A stretch of DNA of 64,000 bases, taken from positions 448,001-512,000 of the forward strand of contig CAVPLT010000004.1 of NCBI GenBank assembly GCA_963706325.1, read 5' to 3'. The DNA comes from an uncultured Nitrospiraceae bacterium. Its GTDB lineage: Bacteria; Nitrospirota; Nitrospiria; Nitrospirales; Nitrospiraceae. Of this stretch, positions 29,432 through 40,200 are shown piece by piece; the first letter of the stretch is position 1; each line of letters starts with the position of its first letter. The position numbers and the translations under genes are program-made. The notes under the pieces are model-generated. The model did no database searches, had not been told where the DNA came from, and worked only from the letters and a program-made list of their open reading frames with translations.

Positions 29432-30715
29432 ATGACGCGTGACTGTGCAAGGCCATCGGCAGTAACCCGTGGATTGTTCGCTTTTCTATTCTGTGTGGCG
29501 GGTGCCGCTTCAATTGCCCATGCGCAGTCGACGAACATTGTCGCAACTCCCCCGGGCGCTGGCGGACTGGGCACCTCCCTTAACACCTCGGGCAATACGA
29601 CAAATATCACCGGTGGAACGAGACCAAGTGGCGGCCCTAATCTATTTCATAGTTTCAACCAGTTTTCGGTAGGGACGGGAGACGTCGCGGCGTTTGTGAA
29701 TCCTGGCGGGGTGTCCAACGTCATCAGTCGTGTGATCGGAGGATCGCCGTCGAATATTTACGGAACTGTTCAAGCACTCAATGCCAACCTGTTTTTTCTC
29801 AATCCATCTGGTATCGTGTTCGGTCCCGCCGCACATCTCAACGTATCGGGGTCTGCCTATTTCAGCACAGCTCAGCAGCTGCGGTTAGGCGATAATGGCG
29901 TGTTCACTGCCAACCGCAATTTACTGGCCCTGGATACCACGCTTTCGTCTAGCGCACCCGCTGCATTCGGTTTTCTGGGTCAGGGACCCTACGGCTCGAT
30001 TATCCTGACCTCTTCCAGCACTCTCCTGCAAGCCAATGCGGTGGTCGGATTGGTGGGGGGACCTATTCAAATTAACGGCTCGAAAATTACCGCCCAGCGC
30101 ATCATTGTCGGCAGTACCAGTTCTCCAGGTGAAATCAGCGCACAGCCTGTGGTTGGAAATCCATTTGCCGGCGCTTCAGGAACGGGGGTCGTGCAGGCGC
30201 TACCAGGGACGCTTCTCATTGCGGGGGGCGGAGGAGTCATCCCCGCGTCGGTGGATTTATTGCCGGGCAATATTACGGTGCCCAGCGGGGCCCAGGTGAA
30301 TACGACGACCAACCCGATCACCCAACGAGTCACCCAGATTCAAGTGGTACAAATCCCAGGACAAAGCCTGGGAGCTCTTCCTGCTCTTCCGACTGCCACC
30401 GCGGGGGTAAATCCAATTTTCAATCCAGTCGATCCAGTGGTGTTTCTCAATCGTGCCGCGACTCTACTCCCGCAGCAAAAACCGGCACCTCCAGCTCCCT
30501 TGTTAGCCAGCCGATGCGCCTCACAGAAGGATAGCCAGTTCAGCAGCCTGGTCCAAGCCCCGCGCGATGTGACGCCGTCGCAGCCGGGCGTTGCGTTGAC
30601 GACACCGGCGGTTCTGCAGGAAGTGGACGCGGAATCGCAGTCCTCCGTCAAGCAAACGGCGCAGGGAATCGGTATTCCTTCCGCACAATCGGTCGAACCA
30701 TGGCAGGGATGCTAG
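29432..30715 (+). CDS. Short TpsA with filamentous-haemagglutinin secretion domain
   Basis: Signal peptide; NLFHSFNQFSV, NVISRVIGGSPSNIYG, LFFLNPSGIVFG. Confidence 0.88.
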   Translation: MTRDCARPSAVTRGLFAFLFCVAGAASIAHAQSTNIVATPPGAGGLGTSLNTSGNTTNITGGTRPSGGPNLFHSFNQFSVGTGDVAAFVNPGGVSNVISRVIGGSPSNIYGTVQALNANLFFLNPSGIVFGPAAHLNVSGSAYFSTAQQLRLGDNGVFTANRNLLALDTTLSSSAPAAFGFLGQGPYGSIILTSSSTLLQANAVVGLVGGPIQINGSKITAQRIIVGSTSSPGEISAQPVVGNPFAGASGTGVVQALPGTLLIAGGGGVIPASVDLLPGNITVPSGAQVNTTTNPITQRVTQIQVVQIPGQSLGALPALPTATAGVNPIFNPVDPVVFLNRAATLLPQQKPAPPAPLLASRCASQKDSQFSSLVQAPRDVTPSQPGVALTTPAVLQEVDAESQSSVKQTAQGIGIPSAQSVEPWQGC

Positions 30716-30733
30716 CCCGCTCAGGAGGACGTC

Positions 30734-33217
30734 ATGCCAATGAAGAAGAGGAATGGCACTCGCGGCGACGTGAAGGGCGGTGAGATTATGTGGACCCTCG
30801 GTCTCAGAAATGTGCTCGCCACGCCTCTGAAGACTCTCCGCCTTGGGTTCGGCCTACTTATAGTCAGTTGGGCGGCTGTGCCCGCATTTGGGACAATGCT
30901 GAACTCATCGGCCTCCTCACCGGCGCAAGAAATGCGGGAGGGACGTGCACGATTTGAACAGGGCGGATTTGCTCAAGCTGCGATACATTGGATGACGGCA
31001 GCCCGGCTCTATGAAGAGCGCGAACAACCTAAGGAACAGTGCCAGGCCTTGATCAATTTGTCACATGCGCTCCAGCAGGAAGGGCAGATTCGGCGGGCAC
31101 AGAGTACCTTACAGACGGCGCTTACGCTTTCGGAGCGTATCGGGAATCGGTTGCTGACGGCGATTATCCTGGGTCAACTGGGCAGCACGTCGCACGTCCT
31201 GGGAAAAGAGGAATCCGCGACGGAACATTTGACGAAAGCATTGGCACTGGCGCGTGAGGAGCAGAATCCCGCTTTGGTCGCGGGAGTGCTTAACGATTTG
31301 GGCAATGCGCTTGTAGCCCGCCGGCAGTTCGCAGAGGCCATCGATGTCTATACGGAAAGCCGTAACCTTGCGCGTGAAACCAATCAGGCGGCTCTTGCAG
31401 TCACCGCGCAAATCAATGGTGCTGCTGCGTTGGTGCAGGATCAACAATTGACCGAGGCGCAGCGACAATTGGATCAAGCCATGTCGGAGGCACAAGCCTT
31501 GCCGGACAGTCAGGCAAAGACGGCAGGGCTCCTCAATATCGGTTTGGGGTACCAAGATTTGCACTCGGCTGTGACGGCAGCGCGACAGGGCTCGCAGGGT
31601 GACCGTCAACTGGCAGGAAGGAAGCAGGATTCGAATAGCCCTGCCGGGCGTGGAGGGGTGGCCTCGTCGTCGAGTCCCGGACTGCTTAGGCAATCGTCCG
31701 AGGCATTGACGGCTGCCGGTGAAGTGGCCACGAGAACCGGCGATGCACGCGGCCAATCCTACGCCTGGGGGTATCAGGGGGAACTGCTTGAAAAAGAACA
31801 CCGAAACACTGAAGCGTTGGAAGCCTCGCGAAAAGCTACCTTTGCCGCTCAGAAAGTCAATGCGCCGGAATCACTTTATAGATGGCAGTGGCAGACTGCA
31901 CGGTTACTGAGAACCGCTGGCAAGGAGGATGAGGCGCTGGCCGCCTATCAGCGTGCTGTCACATTATTGAAACCGATTCGCTTCGAGTATTCCGTCGGCT
32001 TTCAGAATCGTCACCACTCGTTCTACGATTCGGTCTCCCCGCTCTTTTCAGAGTACGAGAATGTCCTCCTCCGACGAGCCTCGGTCTCAAAAAATCCTGA
32101 AGAGAGCGAACAGTGGTTGGTACAGGTGAAAGATACGGTCGAAACGTCTCATGCCGCCGAGTTGCAAGACTATTTCCAGGAGGATTGCGTGGGAGCCGTG
32201 CGAACCCAAGGGCAGAGAACGATGATTCCCCACGGCACAGCGGTGCTCTATCCCATTTCGTTTCCAGATCGACTTGAATTGGTAATGGAAACCTCGGACG
32301 GCCTCAAGCAAGTCACGGTTCCCGTCAGCGGAGAGAAGTTGACGAAAGAAATTCGAACGTTCAGACGACAGATCCAAGACCCTCGTTCGCAGAATTATTT
32401 GCCCGCCGCGCAGGCTTTGCATGGATGGATCCTGGCGCCACTTGAGCGGAATTTTCAAGCAGCCAGCATTACCACCCTGGTGATGGTGGCTGGGGGGCCA
32501 TTCAGGACGATTCCCGTAGGAGCCTTACATGACGGCCGGCAACATGTCGTAGATAAGCTGGCAATCGCCGTGACACCAAGTCTGAAATTGACCGATTTTC
32601 CATCCACTCCTCGGAAAAAAGGGACGCTGTTGTCGGTTGGCTTGACCGAGTCGGTCGAAGGCATGCCTGCCCCGCGCCATGCTGACGCGGAAGTTCAGGC
32701 CATTAGAACGCTGTACGGTGGGAAGCTCTTGATGAATAAGCAGTTCTCTGCGCCGTTACTCGAAGAGGAGATCAAAGATCAGGGAGTGGGAATCGTACAT
32801 GTGGCTTCGCATACGGTAGTCGCGAACGATCACAAGAATTCGTTCGTGCTGGCGCATGACGGCCGGATCAGCATGGATCGATTGTCCCAACTCGTTGGGT
32901 TACAGCAGTATCGGCAACAGCCGTTGGACCTCTTGACCCTCAGCGCCTGTGAAACTCCCGAGGAAGACGATCGTGCCGCGCTCGGTCTCAACGGTGTAGC
33001 CGTGAAGACCGGCGCAAGGACAGCCTTGGCCACGTTATGGATTACCGAGGACGAAACGACGTCCGAACTCGTTTCCGAATTTTATCGTCAACTGCAGGAC
33101 CCGGCGCTGTCCAAGGCGGTGGCGCTGCAGCGGGCGCAGCAGAAGATTCTTGCACAACGTGGGCGCAGCCACCCCAGTTATTGGGCAGCCTTTCTCTTGA
33201 TCAACAACTGGATGTGA
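30734..33217 (+). CDS. TPR + CHAT (caspase-like) domain protein
   Basis: TPR repeats; IVHVASH, LLTLSACET, ATLW, FYRQL, ALQRAQ, HPSYWAAFLL. Confidence 0.9.
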   Translation: MPMKKRNGTRGDVKGGEIMWTLGLRNVLATPLKTLRLGFGLLIVSWAAVPAFGTMLNSSASSPAQEMREGRARFEQGGFAQAAIHWMTAARLYEEREQPKEQCQALINLSHALQQEGQIRRAQSTLQTALTLSERIGNRLLTAIILGQLGSTSHVLGKEESATEHLTKALALAREEQNPALVAGVLNDLGNALVARRQFAEAIDVYTESRNLARETNQAALAVTAQINGAAALVQDQQLTEAQRQLDQAMSEAQALPDSQAKTAGLLNIGLGYQDLHSAVTAARQGSQGDRQLAGRKQDSNSPAGRGGVASSSSPGLLRQSSEALTAAGEVATRTGDARGQSYAWGYQGELLEKEHRNTEALEASRKATFAAQKVNAPESLYRWQWQTARLLRTAGKEDEALAAYQRAVTLLKPIRFEYSVGFQNRHHSFYDSVSPLFSEYENVLLRRASVSKNPEESEQWLVQVKDTVETSHAAELQDYFQEDCVGAVRTQGQRTMIPHGTAVLYPISFPDRLELVMETSDGLKQVTVPVSGEKLTKEIRTFRRQIQDPRSQNYLPAAQALHGWILAPLERNFQAASITTLVMVAGGPFRTIPVGALHDGRQHVVDKLAIAVTPSLKLTDFPSTPRKKGTLLSVGLTESVEGMPAPRHADAEVQAIRTLYGGKLLMNKQFSAPLLEEEIKDQGVGIVHVASHTVVANDHKNSFVLAHDGRISMDRLSQLVGLQQYRQQPLDLLTLSACETPEEDDRAALGLNGVAVKTGARTALATLWITEDETTSELVSEFYRQLQDPALSKAVALQRAQQKILAQRGRSHPSYWAAFLLINNWM

Positions 33218-33363
33218 AGATGGGATTGTTTTGACTGCTGCGGAGAGAGGCTACCAGGTTTGATCTTAAGGCCACAATCGGGGTGAAGATGTGGCCCTTT
33301 ATAGTTGAAGGTACGGATCAAGCGAAAGGAACCGGGCAGCTGGTAGAGGGGGTATTTGAGACC

Positions 33364-34047
33364 TTACAATTTCCTCCCCGTCATGATCTCATACGCCTCA
33401 TCAAGCGTGTCTACTTCTCTGACCAATACCTTGGATTCAAGACTGAGCGCAACTCGATTGATTCGAGGGGCATAAAATTGGCCTCGCGGGACCAATAGGA
33501 TACGATATCCTCCGCGCGCCGCCGCAGTGGTTTTCTCAGCCACCTGAGTAACCTGACCAATCGTGCCGTCGCGTTCCAGCGTACCCGTGATAGTGATTTC
33601 CTTGCTTAATGAATCTCCTTTGAGCAAGGCGAGAAAGCCAATAGCCAAGGCAGCTTCCGCAGCCGACCCTTCTGTACTGAGCGGTCCAACAAAAGTGGCG
33701 TACAAGGATAAGATGCCGCTCGGACGAATCGATGGCGCGAGACGCGCTACCGCAAAACTGAAGGCGCGGTGAATCGAGCCCATCCCGGCGCCTCTGACGG
33801 GCACTTGACTCCTCCCCCATCGCAAGGCCAGTGAGGTTGGCTGGCTAGCCTCGTCCCATTTCATCACGAACGCCGGAAGTCCCACTTGCTGGTCGGTGGT
33901 TAGAGCCACAGAGATCGGCACCGTGACCGTACGGCTTGCAAGGGCTGTTGATGGAAGGCAACCCAGCAGGCCTGCCAATGATGCAACAAGGGTGATGAGT
34001 AGCGGAGAGATCGAATAGGTGTGGTTGCGTGTGGTGTGTGCGTGCAT
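33364..34047 (-). CDS. Exported stand-alone Lon protease C-terminal (S16)-like domain
   Basis: ITGTL..DGTIGQV..V.EK..AA...G....LVP; N-terminal hydrophobic signal. Confidence 0.75.
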   Translation of the reverse strand: MHAHTTRNHTYSISPLLITLVASLAGLLGCLPSTALASRTVTVPISVALTTDQQVGLPAFVMKWDEASQPTSLALRWGRSQVPVRGAGMGSIHRAFSFAVARLAPSIRPSGILSLYATFVGPLSTEGSAAEAALAIGFLALLKGDSLSKEITITGTLERDGTIGQVTQVAEKTTAAARGGYRILLVPRGQFYAPRINRVALSLESKVLVREVDTLDEAYEIMTGRKL

Positions 34048-34256
34048 GAGTCAAGTCTAGATGAGGGTCGTCGTTTGTCAAATCGACCCGACCAGCAGCC
34101 TCCTATTTCCTCCTGCCCATTCCCTACTGAGAAGTTGCGAGGGCGACGCATGACACTCCATGCTGTCTCTTACGACATGCGCATGGTACTCTGGGGCCGT
34201 TTCATCGACGGCCAAGGACAATACAGAGGCCGGGCCGATCAGACGAAAGGGTGCTG

Positions 34257-35120
34257 ATGTCAGCAGAGCGCTCGGTGGTTATTACCGGAGCGTCATCGGG
34301 AATTGGCGCCGCTTGCGCGCGTTATCTCGATGAGCGTGGATTCACCGTCTGGGCGGGTGTCCGACGACCAGAAGATGGTGACGAGCTGGCGCGCCGGTGC
34401 TCAAGTCGCCTTCGTGTGCTCAGTCTGGATGTCACGAAATCGGAATCGATCTCTGCGGCCGGCCGGATGTTGACCGAAATTACGGGCGAGAGTGGATTGT
34501 GGGGCTTGATCAATAATGCCGGCATCTCAGTCGCCGGTCCGCTGGAGCTTCTGCCGCTCGATGACGTGCGATCCCAGTTCGAGGTCAATGTCATCGGGGC
34601 GCTCGCCGTCACCCAGGCCCTTCTGCCGTTGCTGCGACGAAGACGGGGTCGTATTGTCAATATCAGTTCCATTGCAGGACTCACTGCCACGCCTTTTCTC
34701 GGGGCCTATTGCAGTTCGAAGTTTGCCTTGGAAGCCATGAGCGATGCATTGCGATTGGAGCTAGTCCCTTGGGGCATCACGGTTTCCTTGGTTGAACCAG
34801 GCGCGGTTCAGTCCCAGATTTGGCAACGCGCGACGATGTCCGCGACTCACATGTTGAGGCAGGTGACACCCGCGTCGCGCGCGCTCTATGACGAACCGCT
34901 TCGTCGCATCCAGGAGGTTGTTGAGCGGGCGGCGAAGCGTGCGATTCCAGCCGCAGTGGTCGCTCGCTCCGTGGCTGATGCGTTAACCGCGCCACGTCCA
35001 CGCGCGCGGTATCTAGTCGGCAAGGATGCGCGTTTAAGGGCGTTGATGAAGTGGATGTTGCCCACTCGCGCGCAGGATCGGGTGTTGGCGTGGTTCCTGG
35101 GACTGGAGTACCGTGATTAG
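34257..35120 (+). CDS. SDR family oxidoreductase
   Basis: TGASSGIG, NNAG, YCSSK. Confidence 0.93.
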   Translation: MSAERSVVITGASSGIGAACARYLDERGFTVWAGVRRPEDGDELARRCSSRLRVLSLDVTKSESISAAGRMLTEITGESGLWGLINNAGISVAGPLELLPLDDVRSQFEVNVIGALAVTQALLPLLRRRRGRIVNISSIAGLTATPFLGAYCSSKFALEAMSDALRLELVPWGITVSLVEPGAVQSQIWQRATMSATHMLRQVTPASRALYDEPLRRIQEVVERAAKRAIPAAVVARSVADALTAPRPRARYLVGKDARLRALMKWMLPTRAQDRVLAWFLGLEYRD

Positions 35121-35195
35121 CAGGATGCTGAAAAAGCCGGCCAAATTTGTTTGTTGCATCATTCATAGACTCACATACTTAGTACGCGGCGCTCT
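35118..35195 (+). repeat. Degenerate half copy of a MITE-like intergenic repeat
   Basis: TAGCAGGATGCTGAAAAAG start and CTCAC.TAC...GTACGC core resembling the centre of the 23347 element; no right TIR seen. Confidence 0.4.
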
Positions 35196-35386
35196 CCATC
35201 TATCGGGACGCGCATCTGGATGCGGCCCTGTGGGACAGGGTTCTGAAGTTCCACGGAAGTGTATTCTTGATGCCACTCAGCATAACAGGGAATTCTGTGG
35301 CAGCTCACTCTCGGCGTTTCGGTGAAGATGACAGTTGCAGATGTCATTAAGTGGAGCGATGGTATTGCAACGAGTCGGAGCATGTC

Positions 35387-35809
35387 ATGCCTGAACCAGG
35401 GCTAGTCCGGTCTGCGGGCGGAGTCGTGCTCCGGCAGCAGGACGTGTTGTTGATTCGTGTCTCTGACAGCAGGGGGCGCCCGATATGGTCATTTCCTAAG
35501 GGACGGCTGGACGCGGGCGAAACTCCGGCCCAGGCTGCGGTGCGGGAGGTGTTGGAAGAAACAGGCTGGCGTTGCCGAATCGAGGCAGACTTGTCGATCA
35601 CCGAATATTGGTTTCAGCGCGAGGGGCGGCGATTTCGTAAAACGGTAGTCTGGTTCAAAATGACGCCCATCGAACAGGGCGGTGTTCCTGATGGGGAAGT
35701 CGAGGACGTACAGTGGGTCGATCATCAGGAAGCGCTTGGTCGACTGAGTTATGCGTCGGATGTGGCCTTGTTGTCTCAAGCCATTGCGCACGGGTTGGCT
35801 GCGTCCTGA
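35387..35809 (+). CDS. NUDIX hydrolase
   Basis: [21 protein letters not shown]udix box. Confidence 0.92.
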   Translation: MPEPGLVRSAGGVVLRQQDVLLIRVSDSRGRPIWSFPKGRLDAGETPAQAAVREVLEETGWRCRIEADLSITEYWFQREGRRFRKTVVWFKMTPIEQGGVPDGEVEDVQWVDHQEALGRLSYASDVALLSQAIAHGLAAS

Positions 35810-35996
35810 CGGAGCGGCATTGTCGCGCCCTGTCCGCCTTGACAAGTCTGGCCCCCTTTACTAGACTCGCGTTGATTGTTGTCTCGTGCCTCATCTTGCA
35901 CGGCAGGGCCGTGCAAGTACGCGCCTCTCCTCACGACTCTGCATCAACAGACGAACGTCAATCACGGCGCGTTCGGCACCACACAGAGGCTCGCCC

Positions 35997-38900
35997 GTGT
36001 ATAGTCTGGCTCGCTTCTCTTTGCTGGAAATGACTGAATGTTCGGCTGTGCTTCGGCAGCTGGGTGAGCAATCACGCTCACTGCGCGATGTTGCTGCGCG
36101 CGCGGTTGACTATCTCTATGCTTCTCTCGGCGATCCGCATACGGGCGCGCGTGATTGCGTTCTGGTTCGATGCTTCAAGACGGTACCCTATGGTCGGCTC
36201 GACCCGTCGATTCAGCGGTTGGCCCGAGAAAAGTTGGGGGGTATCCCTCCGCTCCCAGACCTGAAGTGCTTTACGCTCATGGCCACGGCTGGGGAGGAGC
36301 CGGACTGGAACCATGTGGAATTGTCTCATCGCTATCGCGTCATTCCCATGGTGAATGCGGACTTCGTGAAACAGTTTCCCATGTTCTCACAGCTCCTGCA
36401 TCAATTCGGAGTGTCCACGGCGTTTGACGTGACGCCGAAAGGCGAATGGCTCGTGGATGTGGAAGAGAAAACCTATAACGTGTTTTACGTGCCGGATGCT
36501 TTGCACAATCCTTATGTGCCGGTCCAGAAAGAGTTTGTCCGAAAGTTTGGAGTGGCATCGGTCTTATGTTTTGGCGGCATGCTGCCCTCCCGTGATTTAT
36601 TCGCCGTCATTTTGTTTTCCAGAACACCTGTGCCGAGAGACACCGCTATGCTGTGTAAGTCTCTGGCGCTGAGCCTGAAAGCTTCGCTGCTGGCATTTGA
36701 TGAAACGGCTGATGCCGAAACGGAGAGGGCCGCTCAACCGGCGGCAAAAGCGGTCGGTGCGTTGGCGGAACAGCTCGAGACGACGAGGCATCAGTCTCGC
36801 CTTGCCGTCAGTGAGCAGCTGTTGCAGGTATACGAAAATGCGGTACGCACGCAATCAGCTGGAATTGCGCAGGCTCAGCAAGCGTTTCGGGAACGCGCCG
36901 ATGCTCTTGAACGATCAGAACGCGCACTGCACGAGCAAACCAGAATTGTCAACTCGATATTGCGAAGTATGGGCGACGGCGTCGTTGTGACCGATGGAGA
37001 GGGCAAGTTGGTGGTCGCTAATCCCGCCATCGAAAGCATTCTCGGCTTTTCACCTGGCGGTGTGCCCCCCGCGGAGTGGCCCCTGCATTATCAATTTTTC
37101 CATGACGACACGGTGACCCCTTTCCAACGCCACGAATGGCCGCTGGTCCGCGCATTAGAAGGGGAGAAAATAGACTGGCTTGAGGTCTACATGCGCGCCT
37201 CTCACGATGCGCCTGGCCGCTGGATTAGCATCAATGCCAGGTCCGTGAAAGACGATGACGGCGCGCTGCGTGGCATCGTGGCGGTGTTTCATGACATCAC
37301 CTGGCTCAAACGGGCGCAGGACGCCTTGTTTGAGTCGGAAGATCGCTACCGTAGTGTGGTCGAAGGAGCGCGAGATATTATTTTCACCATTTCGGTGGAC
37401 AGCACGCTCACGTCGTTGAATCCGGCCTTTGAATCAGTGACCAATTGGTCGCGCTCGCAATGGATCGGAGAGCCGTTTGTGGGCCTCTTGCATCCCGATG
37501 ATGCCGGCTTCTGTCAGGATGTCGTGCAGGCGATCCTGGAGCGCGGGGCGCCGTTGACCTGTTCTATGCAAATCGGCATGAAACAGGGCGGATACATTAC
37601 AGGAGAATTCGTCGGGACCCCGCAGATTCGTCAAGGCCGGGTGGTCGGTGTGCTGGGCATTATTCGTGATGTGACCGAACGGCGTCGGATCGAAGACGCG
37701 TTGCGCGTCAGCGAGGAACGGGTGCGTTCCATCGTACAGTCGACCACCGATGCCATTGTATTAGTCAACGCGCTCATGAAAGTGGCCTTCTGGAACAGGG
37801 GAGCCGAGGAGACGTTTGGCTATGCGGCCGAGGAGATTATTGCGCAGCCTGTAACCATGATTATTCAGGATCGCCATCACGAGCAGTTGGAGCGCCATGT
37901 GCAACGGGTTCGGCTGCTGGGTGGCCCCCACGTCGCGAACAAGACGTTGGAACTGGCCGGTCGGCGAAAGGACGGCATCGAATTTCCGTTAGAGTTGAGT
38001 GTGACCTCATGGCAAGGCAAGTCCGACCTGTTTTTTACGATCATCATGCGCGACATCAGCGAACGACGGTTGGCCGAAGAGCAATTGGATCGTTTGCATC
38101 ACCACAATCAGGTTGTGCTGAACTCCGCCGGAGAAGGGATCTACGGGGTAGATCGGGAGGGGAGGCTCACGTTCGTCAATCCGGCGGCGGCCAAGATGTT
38201 CGGTTGGGAGGCGGAAGCACTGATCGGTCAGTCTCTCCATGCGCTGGTGCACCAGACCGATCTCAGGGGCATGCCATTCACGGAGGAGCACTGCCTCATT
38301 GGGGAGACGATTAGGGGGGGCGAGTTGCGAGAACATGTCGATAGCGTATTTTGGCGTAAGGACGGGACGAGTTTTCCAGTTGAGTACGTCAGCACGCCGA
38401 TTCAGGAGCGAGGGGAGATCGTGGGCGCGGTCGTGGTGTTCAAAGACACCACGGATCGAAAACGCGCGGAAGAACAATTGCAGGATTCCTTGCGGCGTTT
38501 GCGAAAGCTGTCCGGTCGGATGGAAGGGATTCGCGAAGAAGAGCGGGGGAGAATCGCGCGTGAATTGCATGACGAACTGGGCGTGGGGTTGACGTGCCTC
38601 AAAATCGATCTGTCGCGTCTGGGCGGCCTATTCGGGGAACGGCTGCCGATGCAGGACCGTGCCAAGATCGACGAGAAAGTTCGCGGCATGAAGGAGCAGG
38701 TAGATAGTACCATTACCTCTGTTCAGCGCATTGTGGCGGAGTTGCGTCCCGGTGTGCTCGATGATCTGGGACTGGTAGCGGCGATCGAATGGCAGTGCCG
38801 TGATTTTCAGCGCCGCACCGGTATTGCCTGTCGATGTATCGTCAGTCATGAAGATTTACGCGTGGATCCGGAACATGCCACCGCAGTCTTTCGAATTTGC

Positions 38901-39152
38901 CAGGAGGCGTTAACGAATGTGACGCGGCATGCCCAGGCGACACAGGTCCAGGTACAATTGGATGATCAAGGCGTGGGTTTACAGCTGCAGGTAAGCGATA
39001 ATGGACGAGGTATTCCGCAGGATCGGCTCGCGGATGCGAGGTCATTCGGACTGTTGGGGATGCGGGAACGCGCCGGGCTTCTTGGTGGAGATGTGCAAAT
39101 CAATACACAGGAAGGCGCAGGGACCACAATCTTGTTACGTTTGCCTCGTTAA
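35997..39152 (+). CDS. Multi-PAS HisKA_3 sensor histidine kinase with an uncharacterised N-terminal domain
   Basis: GTG start after GAGG; four PAS; ERGRIARELHDELG; QEALTNVTRHA; DNGRG; GLLGMRER. Confidence 0.92.
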   Translation: MYSLARFSLLEMTECSAVLRQLGEQSRSLRDVAARAVDYLYASLGDPHTGARDCVLVRCFKTVPYGRLDPSIQRLAREKLGGIPPLPDLKCFTLMATAGEEPDWNHVELSHRYRVIPMVNADFVKQFPMFSQLLHQFGVSTAFDVTPKGEWLVDVEEKTYNVFYVPDALHNPYVPVQKEFVRKFGVASVLCFGGMLPSRDLFAVILFSRTPVPRDTAMLCKSLALSLKASLLAFDETADAETERAAQPAAKAVGALAEQLETTRHQSRLAVSEQLLQVYENAVRTQSAGIAQAQQAFRERADALERSERALHEQTRIVNSILRSMGDGVVVTDGEGKLVVANPAIESILGFSPGGVPPAEWPLHYQFFHDDTVTPFQRHEWPLVRALEGEKIDWLEVYMRASHDAPGRWISINARSVKDDDGALRGIVAVFHDITWLKRAQDALFESEDRYRSVVEGARDIIFTISVDSTLTSLNPAFESVTNWSRSQWIGEPFVGLLHPDDAGFCQDVVQAILERGAPLTCSMQIGMKQGGYITGEFVGTPQIRQGRVVGVLGIIRDVTERRRIEDALRVSEERVRSIVQSTTDAIVLVNALMKVAFWNRGAEETFGYAAEEIIAQPVTMIIQDRHHEQLERHVQRVRLLGGPHVANKTLELAGRRKDGIEFPLELSVTSWQGKSDLFFTIIMRDISERRLAEEQLDRLHHHNQVVLNSAGEGIYGVDREGRLTFVNPAAAKMFGWEAEALIGQSLHALVHQTDLRGMPFTEEHCLIGETIRGGELREHVDSVFWRKDGTSFPVEYVSTPIQERGEIVGAVVVFKDTTDRKRAEEQLQDSLRRLRKLSGRMEGIREEERGRIARELHDELGVGLTCLKIDLSRLGGLFGERLPMQDRAKIDEKVRGMKEQVDSTITSVQRIVAELRPGVLDDLGLVAAIEWQCRDFQRRTGIACRCIVSHEDLRVDPEHATAVFRICQEALTNVTRHAQATQVQVQLDDQGVGLQLQVSDNGRGIPQDRLADARSFGLLGMRERAGLLGGDVQINTQEGAGTTILLRLPR

Positions 39153-39170
39153 CCGAAAGGAGAGTGAGAC

Positions 39171-39818
39171 GTGCGAACAACAGCGGCGGTGCGGATTCTG
39201 GTGGTTGATGATCATCCCTCCTTTCGCCGCGGGGTCAAAGATATTCTGGAGGAAGGATTTGAAGGCTCGAGTATGGCGGAATGCGGGAACGCCCAGGAAA
39301 TGCTTGACCACGTGCGGGAGTGTCCCTGCGATCTCGTGGTCATGGACATCAGCATGCCTGGACGAAGCGGGCCGGAAGCGCTCAAGGAGTTGAAACTATT
39401 GGCGCCCACTTTGCCGGTACTGATTTTAAGTATGCACCCTGAGGACCAATATGCCATCCGCATGTTCAAGGCCGGCGCAGCGGGATATTTGACGAAGGCG
39501 AGCGCACCGGAAGAATTAGTGCATGCAGCTAAAAAAGTGTTAGCGGGCGGACAATATGTCAGTGCGTCGGTGGGAGAAGCGCTGGCGCTCACGGTGAGAA
39601 CCGGGGTCGATAAGTTGCCGCATGAACGTTTGTCGGATCGAGAGTACGAAGTGTTGTGCCTCATTGCCTCGGGGAAGACCGTCAGCGATATTGCCGAAGG
39701 TATTCATTTGAGCGTGACCACGATCAGCACCTATCGCGCGAGAATTTTGGACAAGATGAGTTTGAAGAATAATGCCGAATTGACCCGGTATGCATTACAA
39801 CACGGATTGGTGGTCTGA
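39171..39818 (+). CDS. NarL/UvrY-family response regulator
   Basis: VDDH, MDISMPG, LSDREYEVL, TISTYRARI. Confidence 0.93.
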   Translation: MRTTAAVRILVVDDHPSFRRGVKDILEEGFEGSSMAECGNAQEMLDHVRECPCDLVVMDISMPGRSGPEALKELKLLAPTLPVLILSMHPEDQYAIRMFKAGAAGYLTKASAPEELVHAAKKVLAGGQYVSASVGEALALTVRTGVDKLPHERLSDREYEVLCLIASGKTVSDIAEGIHLSVTTISTYRARILDKMSLKNNAELTRYALQHGLVV

Positions 39819-40200
39819 CTACTTAGTGAAGAGGGTCGAACGAACAATGACAACGCTTCCTGTCTATTTCTGACACAAGAATCGCACACCTGCCGATAGG
39901 CTTCATTCTTCTTCCATTGTAATGTTTGCCGCATGCAAGAGTCGTGGATTTTGGGCGGAGCGACGCTCTTGTCGATCTTCCAGGCCATTCGTGGGAGTAG
40001 CTTGATCGAGCGGTCTTCCTCACTTGAACGCCGGCCACACCTGTCATCTCGACATTGGCCTACGGTCTTAAGTGGATTAACTACTGCGGAAGCTGCCATG
40101 TTGCAAGACTTGGCCTGGTGGGGACCATTGATGGAGAATCGACTGCAACAAATGGCCGGAGTACGCGTCGAACCCGAACCGCTCGGCAGGGGGTGAACTT

